A DNA stretch of 64,000 nt, taken from the NCBI GenBank assembly GCA_038496445.1, contig JALMLS010000356.1:1-64000 (forward strand). The letters are read 5' to 3'. The DNA is from Trichosphaerium sp. ATCC 40318. Lineage: Eukaryota > Protista > Tubulinea. Within the stretch, counting starts at the first letter, position 1. Every line of letters begins with the position of its first letter. The notes under the pieces are model-generated. The model saw nothing but the letters and a program-made list of their open reading frames with translations, had not been told where the DNA came from and ran no database searches. Position numbers and translations under genes: made by a program. Shown piece by piece: positions 57,870-64,000 of this stretch.

Positions 57870-58425
57870 TATAACTCCTCACAGTGCTACAGCGACCCTT
57901 TTGGATCTACCAACGGAGATTTTGGCTCATATACTACGCTAAACGACAACAGCACGATTTGCTGCTTGTCAAACATGTCATTGCCTTGCTTCTATCATTC
58001 ACAATTGTTGGATACGCACGTGTTACAATTACAAGTGTAGACCATGCAAAGGCAGTTTTAAAACATAGAAGTACTCTACAACATACAAAGATTACGATTT
58101 CTGATTGTGTAAATGTTTGTGACATTGTCAAGGAGTTTGTTGGTGTTCATACTATTGATCTTTCTATTACTGAGGTAACAGATGAATGTATAAAAGTACT
58201 CTCTGGTGTACATACCCATTAATCTTTTTGGTTGTGACAATATTACAGATGAAGGTATTTAAATCACTTTCTGGCGTACATATATTGACCTAACTTGGAC
58301 TTCAGTAACAGATGAAGGTGTCAAATATCTTGCTGGTGCTCACTATTATTATCTCTAGTTCCAAAATTACAGATGAATGTATCAAAACACTCAAAGGTAC
58401 TCACGTGATTAATAAAGCAGTATTA
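57870..58425 (+). pseudogene. F-box + LRR (GVH repeat) pseudogene
   Basis: LLDLPTEILAHILR* followed by GVHTIDLS repeats broken by stops and frameshifts. Confidence 0.8.
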
Positions 58426-58601
58426 TAATACCCAACCTGTTTGTTGTTTAACCAACGTGTTCTTGACTAACTGTTCAATTTCTTGAAACAGCAAATACAG
58501 ATAACTTCAAATAATTGTCAAGAAGGTTGCATGTTAGAGAGTAAAAAACTGAGTAAAACAATTTATTTAACAACATTGAAGTTGAATTAGCCACAAGTGT
58601 T

Positions 58602-59666
58602 TCAATATGTATAAATTGTCTTTACTCTAGACAATGTTTTAATAACCCCATCTGTTACTTTTATACAATAGTAAAGGTACAGGGTGTGTGCTCCCGTCAA
58701 TGCCTTCAGACCATCATCTGTTACAGTTGTATGTGATAAATCAATTTCATGTACACCTGCCAATGCCTTTATACCCTGATCTGTAATCAATTCACAATAA
58801 TCAAGTTGTATAGTATGTACTCCTGCCAAAGCGTTCAAACCTTCATCTGTTACATTTGTAGATGATAAATCAATTTCATGTACACCTGCCAATGCCTTTA
58901 TACCCTGATCTGTAATCAATTCACAACAATCAAGTTGTATAGTATGTACTCCTGCCAAAGCCTTCAAACCTTCATCTGTTACAGTTGTATGTGATAAATC
59001 AATTTCATGTACTCCAGCTAGTGCTTTGATACCCTCATCTGTTATAAATGAACATCCATACAAGTTGATTGTGTGAACACCTGCCAAAGCGTTCAAACCT
59101 TCATCTGTTACATTTGTATATGATAAACTTATTTCATGTACACCTGCCAATGCCTTTATACCCTGATCTGTAATCAATTCACAATATTCAAGTTGTATAG
59201 TATGTACTCCTGCCAAAGCCTTCAAACCTTCATCCGTTACACTTGTACGTATTAAATCAATTTCATGTACTCCAGCTAGTGCTTTGATACCCTCATCTGT
59301 TATCAATGAACATCCATACAAGTTGATCGTGTGAACACCTGCTAACAAGACTAGATGACTGTCATCAAAATTGTTAAAACGTTGACTACAAGATATTTTG
59401 GTATTTTTAAGTAAAGGGCTACGAAACAGCAGTGAAAATTCACTTTCAGTATTAACAGAAATGAGGTCATATCCAATGTGTTCGTGTACAATATCTCTCA
59501 TAAGCCGACAAGTTTGTGCTGAGTTTAGTACAGAACGTGGGCCACACCGTAGAATGTGGACAATTATTTCAACTGGGAATGCCATGAGGTCAGATTTGAT
59601 GTTATTTTCAGTTACTGTAGCTATAATATCGCCAGTTTTTTTCGTTTTGTTGCTGTTGCCTTCCAT
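58602..59666 (-). CDS. Intronless F-box + LRR protein with alternating 22/21-aa repeats
   Basis: LMAFPVEIIVHIL...AQTCRLM; 11 GVH/GAH repeats with 129-bp DNA periodicity. Confidence 0.92.
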   Translation of the reverse strand: MEGNSNKTKKTGDIIATVTENNIKSDLMAFPVEIIVHILRCGPRSVLNSAQTCRLMRDIVHEHIGYDLISVNTESEFSLLFRSPLLKNTKISCSQRFNNFDDSHLVLLAGVHTINLYGCSLITDEGIKALAGVHEIDLIRTSVTDEGLKALAGVHTIQLEYCELITDQGIKALAGVHEISLSYTNVTDEGLNALAGVHTINLYGCSFITDEGIKALAGVHEIDLSHTTVTDEGLKALAGVHTIQLDCCELITDQGIKALAGVHEIDLSSTNVTDEGLNALAGVHTIQLDYCELITDQGIKALAGVHEIDLSHTTVTDDGLKALTGAHTLYLYYCIKVTDGVIKTLSRVKTIYTY

Positions 59667-59775
59667 TTGTAGATTGAACGTATTTTTATAAGTCACAAAT
59701 GTTATTTTTTGCGTGCCGCAGTGGGTTAAACACCTGTTTGACTGTAGGTGACTTTCTTTGTTAAGATCGTTAAGA

Positions 59776-61822
59776 ATGGAGCTTCAAGTGGTTGTTCTGT
59801 TACTCTTTTGTGCTTATACTTGTATGGGCGCAATGACATAATTTAATGTAGACGGAAGACGAATAAACATAACAATTGACAACGCATCACCTCAGGTACC
59901 GTCGAAAAAGCGATTTTGCTCTAACCGAAACAATTCCAAGTTGTTTTCTTGTTTTTTTGTGCCGAATCGTTTTTTACCACGTGATAATAGAGACACCCAC
60001 GTGATAACTGTATTTTTAGGTGTTTAAATTCAGAGGGTGGTCGTACTCTAACTCTCGTATAGGAGAAGGACCTCCTACTGATCATCAAGCGTCTTCTTTC
60101 GATTCTTTAATGCGTCCAGCTATTTGTAAAGAAGATTTCGATAGAATGAGAGATTTGAACGGAAATGGTATCAAAGTTTATGCGTTTAATACTTTGAATG
60201 CTAGTGCTCCTTCATTACATAAAGAGTGTCTTGATATAGCGTGGAACAATGGCGTCAAGCCTATATTCGTTGTACTAAGGTGAGATGGTATAACAAAATA
60301 CAACTGTTCGTACTAAGTTTTTACACAGTATTTGGATTACTGCTCTTCCGTTTCCAAATGAAGATGTGAGATCTACTATGGCTGATAGATATAAGCGTAT
60401 GGTCACAGAAACTAAAGAACATCCTTCCGTATTTGGATACAGTATTGGCTCAGAAATGTCTGGTGATCCGAATAACAACGTACTGCTTTCCTTTTACCAT
60501 GTTTCTTACTAAATCTGTTGAATAGTTACCGTACTGGAAAGATTTCAACGTAATCGCTGAAGCTATACATGACTCACTAGGAAGTACGAATAAACTGGTT
60601 ACGACAGGAACATACCAAACAAATAATGCTGATCCGCCTATACCTGTTATTGGCCACATAATAAATGGCGAAAAATATGGTGCAAAAGGTAAGAGTTTTT
60701 TTCCTTTTCGTTCATCTTTATCGGTTCTTTCTTCAAACTATGAGCAACATAGTATATTCTTTGCATTGTCTTTCTATACAGACTTTGCCAAAATATTAAT
60801 ATTGTGGTGAAGGGGAGCAAGAAACAATAAACCTGGAAAATAATTAGAGCTTTACTTACTTTTTTTTTAAAGTTGACGTGTGGGGTGTTGATATATACTC
60901 TCCTAATCCGGATGATATCACCCTACGCCGTAATGTATTTCAGTATACTAAAAAGCCATTATTCCTTCCTGAGTATGGTCAATCTTATCAACCTGCATTT
61001 GGCAACGAAAAAGTACGAACCAATTTTTTTTACTTCAGAATAATTTTCACACCTGTGCGCTTACTGAACTGCCACGTTCCAGTTTGAAAAGTTTTTGTGT
61101 CTCGGTGTTAAAGTAAAATAATTGAAAACTATTTTTTATCTTTTTAGCAATGTACTATGTACACAGACTTGTCAGTTTTACGAGGAAGAGAGCACTAACA
61201 GTTTATTGAAAAAAACAGATAGAAAAAATAAAAAACCTTACAGTACTGTTGTTTAGGAGTTATCTCAGCGTCTTCTTGCGATGATAGCAGCAATGGAAAA
61301 ATAATCTTATTCTAAAACCTCAAACGGAAATCAAGGGAGTACTTTCGATCCAGATGCGCCAATATACTCTGGAGGTCTTATTTTCGAATGGAACGATGAA
61401 TATTGGAAGGGTAAGCAACTTTTACTGTCCGTGTGAGGTTCAACTTGGTACCTGTTCTGCATTATTCGTTATGCTATGTTTTAGATACTACTAGCAGTAC
61501 CTTAGCTATACAAAATGCTCCTGGAACTATCATCAAACTTTTTCTTTTCGTAACAATTTAGCTATCTTCTTCAAGCCCTTTGTTCTGCTTGAGTTCTTTC
61601 ATCTTATTGCTTCATTTAGGTCCGCTTACAGGTGATGATTGTGAACCGAACCCTGCTAGCGCGCAACCTTACTATGGATCTAATAAGGTATCTTTAAAGC
61701 CAGGATGTACCTGCGTACCTCCTGAAGAGAGAAAGCAAGCGTGTATGCTTGACGATAGAAATCCAAGGCTTATTCTTGAAAACGACTACCTTCCAACGCT
61801 GTGGACTGAGTACGAACCATAA
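59776..61822 (+). CDS. Secreted clan GH-A glycoside hydrolase (GH2/GH72-like barrel) with in-frame TAA at codon 22
   Basis: Signal peptide; FRGWSYS, CKEDFDRMRDLNGNGIKVY, HPSVFGYSIGSE, DVWGVDIY, KPLFLPEYG, SGGLIFEWNDEYWK. Confidence 0.72.
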
Positions 61823-62423
61823 ATTTGGATTCTGTGGTCGAGTTACAAGTGAATTTTTGGTATGAAGACAAAAGTATCATTTTAAAGAACAAGCAACGGT
61901 GTAGTACTGTTCACGTGAAAAACTTTTGCGAGAGGTTTTTTTCAAACGAATTTTTTTTTTCAAATGTTCCTTACTGGTTGTCGGTGTTATAATTTGACTA
62001 CAATGTCGTGTTTTAGTTCAAGCTAGCGTTTTTACTTAACCAGATCAGTACAATGGTGAAAGTGTTTTTTTGATATCGTTTTTTTTTTTGCCTTCGGCTA
62101 ATAGGTTGATGCGTGGTTTTGTATAAAAATACATGATTCAGTGCCATACTTTACGCAAAGTTTATGGTAATGCAACTTTGACGAATTTTGTTTTTTTTTT
62201 TTATCATAAACAGTCTGTTCACTGAAAAAATTGAAGGAAAGACTTTCTGTGATTTTCTAAAACTCCGAAGTATAGATAGTACAATATCTGTTACCAAAAT
62301 CCATCTAACGTTGTCAGCATCCTGAGAAAAAGTCCAAAAATTTTTACACCAGAAAATGTGTACCGTTAGTCAGTTAAAGTCAGTTTTTAATAGAAGATTT
62401 TTGATCATTAAAAACAAACTAAG

Positions 62424-64000
62424 ATGAGTGAAAACACATCTCCTCAAGGAGTAACCAATAACAATGCGTGTATTGTACGTATAGTAAAAGCAAAAGGCTT
62501 AGATGCCAAGAAAAAGTATGCCGTAAAAGTAGAATGTGGGTCATCTTCTACTTCATCAAAGTTCAGTACAGGCGTACGTCCAACAGTCCTTCAACCTTTC
62601 AGTCTTTTTTTCAAACCTGATTGTCCTTGTGAGTATCTGATTAACTTCGTTTTTAGCCAGACCCATTATGGGGTGAGACATATTGTTTTCAAGGCACACC
62701 TAAAATTGTAAAAGTTACCGTAAAAGTACGTGGAAAAAAAAAATAAGCGAAAAAAAGAATCACAATTTGCTTTCTGCTAAACTTCTTGTAGTCCAAGAAG
62801 ACTATCAGCTCATCTAAGTATTCCGAGACAAAGATAGATTTATCAAAGATAACACCCAATGTTGTTGAGCGTAAATGGTACGTGACACAACATTTTTTTG
62901 ACTTGCTCAAAACCCGCTTTCTTTTTTTTTCACGTGCTTGACCACGTGGTTTTTAACGTAATTTCTTGGTTACTTTGAGAAATAACGAACTGTGTTAGGT
63001 ACGATATTGGGAAAGGAGCACAAATGCTTGTATCAGTGCGCCATGTTGATCCTAGCTCAAATAAAGCGAGCGTACGTTTCATACACGTGTATCTTTATTA
63101 ATCTTGTTTTTAGGCTGATTCGTTGCCTTCTTTATTGTACATGCTCGTCAATAACGCGTCTTTTACATCGCCTACAGATAAAAGTACGTAGAAAGTTGTA
63201 TTTGATTTTTCCAAAAAACTGCACGTGCGCAAAACAGAAAAGCCACAAAATTTTTTGTTTGTAGCCATCTTTTCTTTATACTTACACGTTTCCCTAGAAT
63301 ACTATGCAAAATGGCATTTATCCACAGATCACAAAAACACTATCATGAAAACAACTAATGAATCAGGAGCCCAGTACGTTTGATTACAACAAAAAAACCA
63401 ACTAAAAGAACATCAACGGGTCTTGGCGGTAATAAGTTTTTCCGATACTTATTTTTTCTTCCTACAGAGCCAAAGGAAGCACAAGCTATGTATGGAACGA
63501 TCAATCTTCAGCATTAGTAAAAAATACAGCATGTTCTGCTGTTGTGGAGGTATATACAAAGAGGACACTACAAGGAGATCAAAAAGTAGGCGAAATCGAA
63601 ATACCCGTAGATCAAATAAAAGGTAAGTCTTTTTTCTTTTTAGTTCTTTCGACTTTTCAACTTACACTCTACTTTAGTTGATGTAGCTACGCCATATGTA
63701 ATTGATATGGATTCCAGACCTAAGATTTCGGGTAAAGTAGACTGCTTGGTTCAATTAGTACCATCTCCACCGCCACCAGTTGCCAGTGATCTCAAGGCAT
63801 GTTTTAGTTTTCTTATGATTCTTGATTTTTAACTCGATACATAGAAGACAGCAGTAGCTGTTTCAGAAACGTTCACTAAGGTATTAAACCAATTCATAAA
63901 AACTAAGAGAGTACCTTGGCATGCTCTTAATAATCATTCTGATATTCCTGGACCAGGTACGCATAAACAAAAATCACTTTGAATGTCAAAGTTAACTTAC
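62424..64000 (+). CDS. C2-domain protein (runs off the window)
   Basis: VRIVKAKGL...PDPLWGETYCF...IDLSKI...KWYDI; second C2-like set of exons near 63470-63760. Confidence 0.7.

Noticed and set aside
58680-59350. Regular repeats as a CRISPR array or diversity-generating retroelement target
   Set aside because: Repeats are in-frame LRR codons without unique spacers; no reverse transcriptase or template repeat is present, and most adenines in the units are invariant.
59839-59841. TAA reassigned to a sense codon
   Set aside because: TAA, TAG and TGA all end conserved genes at expected positions (AHCY, Rac, xylanase).

Overview
Intron-rich, AT-rich (roughly 35% GC by eye) eukaryotic nuclear DNA, most likely from an amoeba-like protist; the Frizzled-CRD GPCR, mitochondrion-targeted MinD and short GT-AG introns with many GTACGT donors point that way, but the organism is not identified. 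Housekeeping genes occupy the ends: LYRM1, HSCB, AHCY and Rac on the left; SOUL, CDC45, MinD, a LEUNIG-like corepressor, RecQ and a C2 protein on the right. Between about 10 and 42 kb lies a rearranged accessory region bracketed by an inverted duplication of a C-type-lectin/mucin gene. It holds three F-box-MORN genes, two F-box-LRR genes (two more at 58-60 kb), another F-box gene, a tandem ubiquitin-like protein, a MORN-SAM-PARP fusion with tankyrase-like layout, two secreted Cys-rich precursors, a P450, a GST, a GH10 xylanase, a MITE family and pseudogenes. The best candidate for an undescribed system is this cluster of variable-repeat recognition modules fused to ubiquitin or ADP-ribosylation outputs, possibly an intracellular defence locus; that function is inference. 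Exon structures were spliced by hand and are unverified by RNA data.
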